Position numbers and translations under genes: made by a program | Shown: in pieces, positions 1 to 7,545 of the stretch | How the letters are laid out: every line of letters begins with the position of its first letter | How positions within the stretch are numbered: the stretch's first letter is position 1 | Assembly: GCA_964537585.1 (NCBI GenBank) | Contig: CAZHZZ010000001.1 | Location: 1 to 29,531 of the forward strand | Origin: an uncultured Gammaproteobacteria bacterium | GTDB lineage: Bacteria > Patescibacteriota > Microgenomatia > UBA12405 > UBA6130 | Reading direction: 5' to 3' | Length of the DNA stretch: 29,531 nt | The notes under the pieces: model-generated | Told to the model about the DNA's origin: nothing | The model's input: the letters and a program-made list of their open reading frames with translations, nothing else | Databases searched by the model: none

Positions 1-21
1 GACTTTATTCCTTTTGCTCAT
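1..21 (-). CDS. Possible 5' end of a gene running off the left edge (MSKRNKV...)
   Basis: ATG at 21-19 on minus strand, open to the edge, 6 nt downstream of an extended -10-like TGtTAAATT (36-28). Only 7 codons visible. Confidence 0.3.
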
Positions 22-129
22 TAATTTAATTTAACACATTAGTCTTAGCGAGAAAGAGATAAAAAATGAAGACACGCTTGGCCCCCTGCCCATCCGCACG
101 TGTTGAATTACTCTCGATAAGTTAAAAAA

Positions 130-138
130 TGATAGAAT
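130..138 (+). promoter_or_regulatory. Extended -10 element for the radical SAM gene
   Basis: TGaTAGAAT, 15 nt upstream of ATG 154; no recognisable -35. Confidence 0.5.
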
Positions 139-153
139 AGTAAATAAAGTAAA

Positions 154-1476
154 ATGAAAGATCGTCTAGAGAACAGATCATTACCCCGAGCCATTACAAC
201 ATTCATTTCAACTAGTAGGGGTATTGGGGAAAAAACCCTTACCCCCGAAGAAATCGAGAACCTTGCCTCAGCAGACGCTAGAATTGTTAAGGCAGTTCCA
301 CCAAATCTTGTTGAGATTTTTGCTAAAAGCATTGCACTTTTTAATAGAGTTCCTTCTTTTGGAAAAGAAAAACCGAGAATTATTTCCCCAGAGACTCAAA
401 TTATGTTGCTCGCTGCTTATACCACAATGCATAAATTAGAAATGCCTGTTTTAAGAAGATTTATTCGGAACCGCTTAATGATGGAGAATTCGTCTGATCC
501 ATCAGCCAATAGACGAAAAAGGAGGCAACGAAAAGAAAAAGAGCTTGGAATGAAATTGCCTTGGTCTTTGGTTATTGATGTCACTTCCTCATGTAATATC
601 AATCCACCTTGTAAGGGTTGTTACGCTGCCGAGTATCCGCATACTAAGCCTACTCTAGAACAATTAGACGGACTTGTAGGTGAGGCAGAAGAAGTTGGAA
701 TTAATTTTATGATATTTTCTGGCGGAGAACCATTAACCCGAGAAGAGGAACTTCAAAAATTAATGAGAAATCATCCTTTCCTCAACTATACAATATTTAC
801 AAATGGGACTTTAATAGGAGAACAAACTCCCGACAGATTTTTTGCAACGGGAGCGGTAAGTTCAATGTTTATCCATATAGAAGGTGATAAAAAAGCTACT
901 GATCGTTTTATGGGCATGGGAAGTTATGATCGTATAACCAATGGTATGAAAATACTCAAAGAACAAGGCTATCCTTTTGGTTTTGCAATCACTACAAATC
1001 GAGAAAATTTTGATCGGGTTACAAACGAAGGCTTTCTTGGAGATCTCCGTGATAAGGGTTGCTGGGGCGGAATATTTTTCCCCTATGTTCCTGTTGGAAG
1101 AAATCCTAAACCTGAGCTCATGTTAACTTCTGACCAACGACAAAATTTAGCAGAAATTACAAGCAGGTCTCAAAAAAAAGGACTCCTAGCTGTCAGTCCA
1201 GAAGAACTTTACAGAAGAAACGGCGGCTGCATGGCAGGATTATATGCTTCGGTTACGGTTGAAGGAAAAATCCAGCCGTGTGTATTTATTCACGCAAGCG
1301 ATACAACAGTAAGCGTTTACGACCAATCACTGGTGTCGGCACTTAAGGGATCGCAATTAATACGGGCTACACAATCTGAAACTAAAAATACCAGCGGCAG
1401 TTGCTTAATTAGAGACCGCAACAACACTTTAATTAAACTGGTTGGACAAACAGGGGCAACTTCAACAGAAAGATGA
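154..1476 (+). CDS. Radical SAM protein with C-terminal Twitch/SPASM-like domain (440 aa)
   Basis: DVTSSCNINPPCKGCYAAEY cluster motif (CX5CX2C), FSGGEPL, IFTNGTLI, PYVPVGR; C-terminal GGCMAG, IQPCVFIH, GSCLIRD cysteines. Confidence 0.9.
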   Translation: MKDRLENRSLPRAITTFISTSRGIGEKTLTPEEIENLASADARIVKAVPPNLVEIFAKSIALFNRVPSFGKEKPRIISPETQIMLLAAYTTMHKLEMPVLRRFIRNRLMMENSSDPSANRRKRRQRKEKELGMKLPWSLVIDVTSSCNINPPCKGCYAAEYPHTKPTLEQLDGLVGEAEEVGINFMIFSGGEPLTREEELQKLMRNHPFLNYTIFTNGTLIGEQTPDRFFATGAVSSMFIHIEGDKKATDRFMGMGSYDRITNGMKILKEQGYPFGFAITTNRENFDRVTNEGFLGDLRDKGCWGGIFFPYVPVGRNPKPELMLTSDQRQNLAEITSRSQKKGLLAVSPEELYRRNGGCMAGLYASVTVEGKIQPCVFIHASDTTVSVYDQSLVSALKGSQLIRATQSETKNTSGSCLIRDRNNTLIKLVGQTGATSTER

Positions 1477-1481
1477 TGAGT

Positions 1482-4121
1482 TTAAACCCTCTCCTGATCA
1501 GTAATAAAATCTGCAATAGCCCTGTATCCTCCCCATAAATCTGTTTCCGATAAATCATGCCCGCCAGGCAGCTCCACGACCTTTGCCTTGGGATAGACCG
1601 AAGTAACATCTTCAATTAGCCTTTTATGATCTACAATTCCGTCTGTTTTAGATCCGACCAATAATACTTTTACACCTGATGGCATCTCGTTCCTTGTAAA
1701 TGGCTTGTCTGGTATTCCTTCATATCGTACGGCAACCCCCCTTGTATGTGCGTACCAGCCACTTGGAATACCAATCCCAGCTAATCTTGGGCCCTGAAGG
1801 ACCTTGGAGGCTACACCCCAAGCCGTACCCAACCCTTTTTGCACCTCCTGTTTATTAGTTAAACCAGACAACAAGGAAATAGTTCTTACTTGTACTTTCG
1901 ATCGCTCTCCCTGATGAATGTTTTTAGCAAGATCAAAAGCGGGTGCACCCCCATAAGACAATCCCATAATGTGTACGTATCTAATCCCATTCCCCTCTAA
2001 AAAATCTTGAACTTGGGCGTTTAAAAGTCCCCTATGGTGAGTGTGTCCAGGATATCTGACTTGAACAAAGGTAATCCCATCACTAACTTCGGGTGAGAAT
2101 GATTTATTTTGCCAGCGCACAAATTCCGCCGTTCCTTTTCTTTCGTTAACTGGTCTCCTTGATAGTCCCCTAAAGCAAATCACAGCGGTTTTTTGACCTG
2201 GATTAATTACATCAAAAGTTGGCAAGATATCAGGATGATCCTCTAGTTCAGGTTGTTTTCGTAAAAGATCCTGAGTATGAGGGCCTTCAAATGGCGAGAT
2301 GTACCCATTTTTTACATTAAACTGTATTCCGGGTTCTCTTTTTGGTTCATTCCTAAAATTTTCTTCTATTGAGTCCCAAAGCCATTTTCGGAATTTTGCT
2401 TCGCCTTCTTCTGTTAAACCAGTAACTACCCGAACATAATCTTTAGTCTTTGCCTCGCCTGATAAAGTCGTATAACTTAAGGGCAATTGTTGGACATTAA
2501 ACCACTCGGGGTGTGCTAGATATCCCCCAATAATTGTGTCTTGGGCTATGAAAGTACCGGGTTCTATTTTCAAGGGCTGCCCTGCATTGATTTCAAGTAA
2601 TCTTCTTCCGCTTGCAAATTCTCTTGCTCTTAACCTAAGTATTGCTGCAATTTTCCGATATTCTTCATTTCCGCTCTTACTCATGAATTCGCAAAACTTA
2701 TCGAAATCACCAAGCGGTATCCCGGTAGTTGCTACTTGGGGTGTAAAAAGGGTAATATCATCAAACATTCCTAATGCTTCTTCAAATCCCCGTTTGGTAT
2801 CTGTGTTATAAAGCCCCCTTTCTGGCTGATCTTTATCAATGCCCATGCTGTAATTGAAATTTAGAGGACTGTTTATAAGTTCAGCTCGTCCTTGCTCTTC
2901 ATTTATATTTACACCAACCATAAAGATAGCGGGCACCTTAGACATATCTATACCCCTTTCTTCCGCTAATTGCCGAATTGTCGCATAAACTCTATCTGTA
3001 GTCGGAGCTTCATCAACTAAAACAACTTTTTTGCCTGCCATCTTAGCTCTTCCTAGCTCTAATGCTGCAAAAACGGTTGGGGAAGGACGGATGGGGTGGG
3101 CTGCATCTTTTTTATGCTGTAAATAGGGGTTATAACCAGGAAAAACAGGTTTGCTTGCAGTAGCTCCTACTGTTGCTGCAAGTTGAGTGGCTGCAAGGAA
3201 AGAAGGCCCTCGTGAGGTATGCCCAAAAACCACAGACTTATTTTTAAGTTTACTCCCTCTTGAACCAAGGATAAGCATAAAATCATCAATTTCTGAATAA
3301 CGAGGGAAAACTGCACCCCGGGTTAATCCCCGCCAATCAAAAGGAGAGGCTAACGGATCGCCGAACGCAGTGTCGACAATAATCAAAACGCCACCATCTT
3401 CCAAGGGTCTGCCTTCGTTTTCATTAATTTCAGCAAAAAGGTCTTCACCCAAAGTCAACTTACTTGGGGGATCAACTTCAACTTCAATCTGCTTTGCAAA
3501 CCCATCAGGGACTTGTGATCCAGTCGTTTTAACGATAGAGATTTCAGGTAAAAATCTTCTAGTTCCCCTTTTCGCCAAAAAGTTAAACGTATGTACGGCA
3601 GTTCTCATCAATGAATGTTCGGTCTCTTTTGAGGACTCAATTCTTCCCTCGTGAGTGTCATTCATTACTACTCGAGTAGAAAGTACAGCCTCTTGAGATA
3701 AATTTATGGCCGCCATTGTACGCAACATACCATCCATGAAATGTGCAGTTATATATTGACCTTCTTCGCTCTTCTGGAAAACTATGGCGTGACCAGTTGT
3801 ATTACCAAACATAACGCTTTCTCTCCTCCCTAATACTCTGTCAATTTTTGCAATTGCCTCATTTGTGCGAGCTTGAACTTCATGCCGTGAGAGGGGAGGG
3901 TTTTCTCTGTCAAGGAAAATATACTGCATTAAAAAACGCCTCGCTTGATTTTCTTCCGCTTCCCTTACCAATTCCTTTACCCATTCTGGGTTTCTTAGTC
4001 CTTCAGAGACCAGCTCTACCCCAAATGAAAATCTGTCTCCAATCCCTCTTACTTGTTCTAACACCCTTGAGGCTTTGGGTGTTTCCACCTTTGGGGTTAA
4101 TTCTCCCTCACAAGTGTCCAT
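1482..4121 (-). CDS. Large orphan multidomain protein (~879 aa): unknown N-terminus, PRTase-like middle, C-terminal alpha/beta hydrolase
   Basis: Long ORF; start moved from 4256 to ATG 4121 (MDTCEG) because the extra 45 codons cross a structured non-coding trailer. GLSYG nucleophile elbow, LLVGSKTDGIV (Asp), LPGGHDL (His); GKKVVLVDEAPTTDRV resembles the PRPP-binding loop. Confidence 0.75.
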   Translation of the reverse strand: MDTCEGELTPKVETPKASRVLEQVRGIGDRFSFGVELVSEGLRNPEWVKELVREAEENQARRFLMQYIFLDRENPPLSRHEVQARTNEAIAKIDRVLGRRESVMFGNTTGHAIVFQKSEEGQYITAHFMDGMLRTMAAINLSQEAVLSTRVVMNDTHEGRIESSKETEHSLMRTAVHTFNFLAKRGTRRFLPEISIVKTTGSQVPDGFAKQIEVEVDPPSKLTLGEDLFAEINENEGRPLEDGGVLIIVDTAFGDPLASPFDWRGLTRGAVFPRYSEIDDFMLILGSRGSKLKNKSVVFGHTSRGPSFLAATQLAATVGATASKPVFPGYNPYLQHKKDAAHPIRPSPTVFAALELGRAKMAGKKVVLVDEAPTTDRVYATIRQLAEERGIDMSKVPAIFMVGVNINEEQGRAELINSPLNFNYSMGIDKDQPERGLYNTDTKRGFEEALGMFDDITLFTPQVATTGIPLGDFDKFCEFMSKSGNEEYRKIAAILRLRAREFASGRRLLEINAGQPLKIEPGTFIAQDTIIGGYLAHPEWFNVQQLPLSYTTLSGEAKTKDYVRVVTGLTEEGEAKFRKWLWDSIEENFRNEPKREPGIQFNVKNGYISPFEGPHTQDLLRKQPELEDHPDILPTFDVINPGQKTAVICFRGLSRRPVNERKGTAEFVRWQNKSFSPEVSDGITFVQVRYPGHTHHRGLLNAQVQDFLEGNGIRYVHIMGLSYGGAPAFDLAKNIHQGERSKVQVRTISLLSGLTNKQEVQKGLGTAWGVASKVLQGPRLAGIGIPSGWYAHTRGVAVRYEGIPDKPFTRNEMPSGVKVLLVGSKTDGIVDHKRLIEDVTSVYPKAKVVELPGGHDLSETDLWGGYRAIADFITDQERV

Positions 4122-4146
4122 AACATTAAGTATACAGGATTCAAGG

Positions 4147-4268
4147 GAGTTCGTGTCGGCACAAGGGTGGGTTGGGGCAACGACAACTCTTTCTTTTTTC
4201 CTCTTCCCAGTTTCCAAACGGCACGAAAAATTTTGCGGGAAGCGAAGACGACACAAGGCGGTTGCGGC
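4147..4268. repeat. Degenerate direct repeat pair and imperfect hairpins between tRNA-Gly and the orphan gene
   Basis: gtcggcacaagggtgggttggggc (4155-4178) vs gacgacacaaggcggttgcggc (4247-4268), 18 of 22 aligned positions identical with a 2-nt gap; gagtt/aactc and gtcg/cgac stems enclose the first copy; cttccc/gggaag stem between the copies. Confidence 0.4.
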
Positions 4269-4282
4269 GATTTACCAATTAG

Positions 4283-4355
4283 AGCGGGAGACCGGATTCG
4301 AACCGGCGACCTTTTCCTTGGAAGGGAAATGCTCTACCAGCTGAGCTACTCCCGC
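4283..4355 (-). tRNA. tRNA-Gly(TCC)
   Basis: GCGGGAG/CTCCCGC acceptor stem, anticodon arm TTTCC-CTTCCAA-GGAAA, GGTTCGAATCC T-arm, U73; CCA not encoded. Confidence 0.97.
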
Positions 4356-4396
4356 ACTTTATGCGCCAACTTATTTTAGTACATCTTCATAAACTG

Positions 4397-4469
4397 TGCC
4401 AGGGCTCGGAGTCGAACCGAAATCCCAGGTTTTTCAGACCCGTGCCGTGACCACCTTGGCTACCCTGGC
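4397..4469 (-). tRNA. tRNA-Phe(GAA)
   Basis: GCCAGGG/CCCTGGC acceptor stem, CGGGT-CTGAAAA-ACCTG anticodon arm, TTCGACT T-loop, A73; CCA not encoded. Confidence 0.93.
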
Positions 4470-4483
4470 AAAAATGGGCAAAG

Positions 4484-4557
4484 TGGACGAGAAGGGACTC
4501 GAACCCCTGACCTTCCGCACGTCAAGCGGACGCTCTAGCCAACTGAGCTACCCGTCC
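4484..4557 (-). tRNA. tRNA-Val(GAC)
   Basis: GGACGGG/CTCGTCC acceptor stem, TCCGC-TTGACGT-GCGGA anticodon arm, GGTTCGAGTCC T-arm, A73; CCA not encoded. Confidence 0.97.
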
Positions 4558-4568
4558 TTATATCTTAT

Positions 4569-4597
4569 ATTTTACTAGACTAGCGGCCAAGCCTCAA
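4569..4597 (-). promoter_or_regulatory. Sigma70-type promoter for the tRNA Val-Phe-Gly operon
   Basis: TTGAGG-N17-TAAAAT ending 11 nt upstream of tRNA-Val; the -35 overlaps the GTPase stop codon. Confidence 0.55.
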
Positions 4598-5703
4598 ATC
4601 TTTTTACAAATTAAAAAAATCTCGTCCTCATCACTGACCTGATAATGAACCGATACTCTTTGGCCGGAAAATTTTACTTTTTTTCCCCAAACCAAAGCAC
4701 CATCAACCGGCAAATTTCCCGATATCTCTTTGGCAACTTCCAGAATACTAGCCCCTTTCTTAACAATCAAGGGCTCTTTTTTATCGGCCAACCCAGTCTT
4801 ATCTTTCTTTAAAAAAACTCTTGCCAGTCCCAATTGGCGCCAAATGTTTGTCCTTAACTTATCCAAGCCCCACTTTCTTTTTGTGCTAATCAGAGATAGG
4901 GGAGTAAACTGTTTTCTTAGGTCATCAGAAAATTTCTTGTCTCCCTTGAGTTTATCTACCTTGTTGATAACAAAAACCGCCGGGAGGAACAGCCTATTGC
5001 CTGCCAAACCGTCAATTAATCTTTCCATACTAATTGGGTTCTCTTTTATGACTATAAAGGCATCTTTGATTCCCAGCTCAACGGCCAATTTCTTAACCAA
5101 TTCATCATTAATTTCTTGATGAGGGCCTACGACCTCTATTCCTCCTCGAACTCTTTTTTCTACTTCTACCTTAGGTTTTTCCAAATTAAGCCTAATGCCA
5201 ATTCTTTTTAGCTGATCAACCGTTTCCTGAAGCCAACTAATTCTCTCCATATCACTCATAACCAAAACGAGATCAACCGCTCTGGCGGCCGATAAAATTT
5301 GCCGACCACCACCACGGCCGGTAAAGCCACTCTCGATTATTCCCGGCGCATCTAAAAGCTGGATTAACGCTCCTCGATAATTCATCATCCCGGGCACAAT
5401 CTTAACCGTAGTAAAACCATAAGCACCTACTCTGGATTTTGCATTAGTCAGAGTGTTAACTAAGCTTGATTTGCCACTTGAAGGAGGGCCTAAAATCAGA
5501 CAGTTGGCATCGCCGGCTTTTTTTATCATAAAGCCAGTACCACCACCACTCGATTGCATCTTTTGCTCATAAAGACGATCTCTTAACCTAGACAGCTTTG
5601 CCCTCAATAAGCCGATATGATGCTCTGTGCCCTTATGATAGGGAGTTTCACGAATCTCTTGCCTAATATCATCAATTTGTTTGGCTGTTTTGTCTTGAGT
5701 CAT
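4594..5703 (-). CDS. DRG-family (OBG superfamily) GTPase with C-terminal TGS domain (369 aa)
   Basis: N-terminal TPYHKGTEHHIGLLRAKLSRLR helix typical of DRG; G1 GPPSSGKS, G2 YGFTT, G3 DAPG, G4 NKVD; TGS-like end QRVSVHYQVSDEDEI. Confidence 0.9.
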   Translation of the reverse strand: MTQDKTAKQIDDIRQEIRETPYHKGTEHHIGLLRAKLSRLRDRLYEQKMQSSGGGTGFMIKKAGDANCLILGPPSSGKSSLVNTLTNAKSRVGAYGFTTVKIVPGMMNYRGALIQLLDAPGIIESGFTGRGGGRQILSAARAVDLVLVMSDMERISWLQETVDQLKRIGIRLNLEKPKVEVEKRVRGGIEVVGPHQEINDELVKKLAVELGIKDAFIVIKENPISMERLIDGLAGNRLFLPAVFVINKVDKLKGDKKFSDDLRKQFTPLSLISTKRKWGLDKLRTNIWRQLGLARVFLKKDKTGLADKKEPLIVKKGASILEVAKEISGNLPVDGALVWGKKVKFSGQRVSVHYQVSDEDEIFLICKKI

Positions 5704-5730
5704 AAAAAGACAGGTTATAATTAACTTAAA

Positions 5731-7230
5731 ATGAATAAACTCGCTCGTGTTTTAATTGTTATTTTAACACTGGCTATTCTGACCAGCCTAAGAGGTAAAA
5801 AAATTAGAGCCAGCGAGCCCTTAGAGTGGGTAAAAAATAAGTATGGCATTCATATAACTAATTCCACTGGCGATATTGGCAAGGCAGGCGATCTTCTTAA
5901 CAGTAATGGCGGTGATTGGTCGTGGATTACCATTGTCATCAGAAAAGATGAACTTAACAAAAATCAATGGCAGACATTTTTTGATACTGCTCGCCGCCGA
6001 CATCTTATCCCCATTGTCAGAATCGCCAGCAAACTATCAGGTTCACAGTGGAAAAAACCCCAAAAACAAGACTTAGAGCTAATGGCCAGTTTTTTGACTG
6101 AACTAAATTGGCCAACAAAAAATAAATTTGTTGTTATCTATAACGAACCAAATAGGGGAGATGAGTGGGGAGGGCAGGCTGATCCAAAAGAATATGCAGA
6201 AATACTATCTCTTGCGGGAAAAATTTTTAAACAAAAAGACAACTGGTTTCATATTATTTCCGGGGGATTGGACTTGGCCGCTCCCCAACAACCCCCTCGA
6301 TATTATTCAGCCGAAGAATTTTATCGCCAAATGATCCTCTATAAACCTAATGTTTTTGAAAACATTGACAGCTTGGCCTCACATTCTTATCCAAACCACC
6401 GGTTTATTGGCAGTCCCCAGGATGGTGGCAAAACAAGCGTACGCGGGTATCAATGGGAGCTTAATTATCTGGCCTCCCTCGGTGTTAAAAAAGATTTAAC
6501 AGTATTTATTACTGAAACCGGCTGGCCACATCAAGAAGGGGAACAATTGAGAAAAAACTTTTATCATTCAAGTGTTCTTTTAAATCTTTTTAAAACAGTG
6601 TTCAAATTTTGGGAACAAGATAAAAGGATAGTCGCTTTCACTCCGTTTATCTTAAACTACCCATATCCGCCATTCGATCATTTTTCCTGGCAAGACAAAG
6701 CCGGTCATCTCTACCCCCACTCCCAGGCAATAAGCAAAACAAAAAAAGAAAACAACCATCCGCCTCAACTCAACAAAGGGAAAATTATGGTCACCGACTT
6801 CTCTTTTTTACTGATTCCCAGAAAAAGATACCAGGGAAGAGTATTAATAAAAAATACCGGTCAGATGATCTGGGGTGAAAACGACAATATCTTTTGCTTC
6901 ACGCCAAAAAATAATGACCAAGCAATAACCGTCAGTCCTCTTTGCCAGATAAGAAAAGAACCCATAGAGCCGGGTCAATCTGGCTGGTTTAAGTTTAGTC
7001 TTATTTTAGAAAAAGAAAAAGGAAAAGTGATTGATTTTGGCTGGGGAAAAATAAGGCGCCTGGAAATCAAGCCGGTTATCAGTCCTAAAACACATCTTTA
7101 CCGCCAAAAAACCGGCCTGCGACAAAAAATTATTGCTATCGCAAATGGGGCAATAAAAAAATTAAATATCACCCAATTTAATCTGCCAATCAATTTTAGG
7201 AAATTTAAAAATGTTCTCTTTCAACTCTGA
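5731..7230 (+). CDS. Secreted clan GH-A glycoside hydrolase (GH5/GH39-like) with C-terminal Ig-like domain (499 aa)
   Basis: Signal/anchor MNKLARVLIVILTLAIL; acid/base IYNEPN and nucleophile FITETGW glutamates; beta-rich tail LIKNTGQMIW...FKFSL. Substrate not assignable. Confidence 0.8.
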   Translation: MNKLARVLIVILTLAILTSLRGKKIRASEPLEWVKNKYGIHITNSTGDIGKAGDLLNSNGGDWSWITIVIRKDELNKNQWQTFFDTARRRHLIPIVRIASKLSGSQWKKPQKQDLELMASFLTELNWPTKNKFVVIYNEPNRGDEWGGQADPKEYAEILSLAGKIFKQKDNWFHIISGGLDLAAPQQPPRYYSAEEFYRQMILYKPNVFENIDSLASHSYPNHRFIGSPQDGGKTSVRGYQWELNYLASLGVKKDLTVFITETGWPHQEGEQLRKNFYHSSVLLNLFKTVFKFWEQDKRIVAFTPFILNYPYPPFDHFSWQDKAGHLYPHSQAISKTKKENNHPPQLNKGKIMVTDFSFLLIPRKRYQGRVLIKNTGQMIWGENDNIFCFTPKNNDQAITVSPLCQIRKEPIEPGQSGWFKFSLILEKEKGKVIDFGWGKIRRLEIKPVISPKTHLYRQKTGLRQKIIAIANGAIKKLNITQFNLPINFRKFKNVLFQL

Positions 7231-7545
7231 CCGTTCCACCTGAGCTCTTTCTGAGGAAAATTTATTTTTCATTTCCAAAAATGAATCAGTGGCAACTGAA
7301 GGAGAAGGGGAGGACTGCTCTTGATCTAGGCCAGAAACATGTATCACTCGATTTGCCTTTTTATGTTTAGATATTAAAAAAACACCACCAATAAAAATAA
7401 CGGCAAGAAAAATGAACAACCCCAGAAGCAGGCCCAAGCGCTTGTTGACCAATCTTTTTTTTGGACCATCAATACCTTGAGCTAATTCCCAATTTTGCAC
7501 AAAAGATCGTCCCCGCTTAAAGGGGGAAAAATTCAAGGCTCTCAT
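7162..7545 (-). CDS. Hypothetical single-pass membrane protein (127 aa)
   Basis: Hydrophobic LGLLLGLFIFLAVIFIGGVFLI; ATGA overlap with the upstream gene's stop. Confidence 0.7.
   Translation of the reverse strand: MRALNFSPFKRGRSFVQNWELAQGIDGPKKRLVNKRLGLLLGLFIFLAVIFIGGVFLISKHKKANRVIHVSGLDQEQSSPSPSVATDSFLEMKNKFSSERAQVERSELKENIFKFPKIDWQIKLGDI

Noticed and set aside
154-4121. Radical SAM and orphan fusion as one operon
   Set aside because: They are convergent with a 5-nt gap and separate upstream regions; co-location alone does not show functional linkage.
4147-4189. Hairpin as an integron attC site
   Set aside because: Core order is GTT...AAC on both strands, the reverse of RYYYAAC...GTTRRRY; flanking genes are not a co-oriented cassette array.
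4209-4218. GTTTGGAAAC (minus strand) resembling CRISPR repeat ends
   Set aside because: Single occurrence, no regularly spaced repeats, no cas genes.
4122-4256. 45-codon N-terminal extension of the 924-aa ORF
   Set aside because: Crosses the structured non-coding trailer and a TATACT -10-like box; ATG 4121 is more plausible.
4075-4578. Track ORFs 4075-4344, 4167-4379 and 4396-4578
   Set aside because: They overlie three clear tRNA genes and their trailer; no protein-like features.
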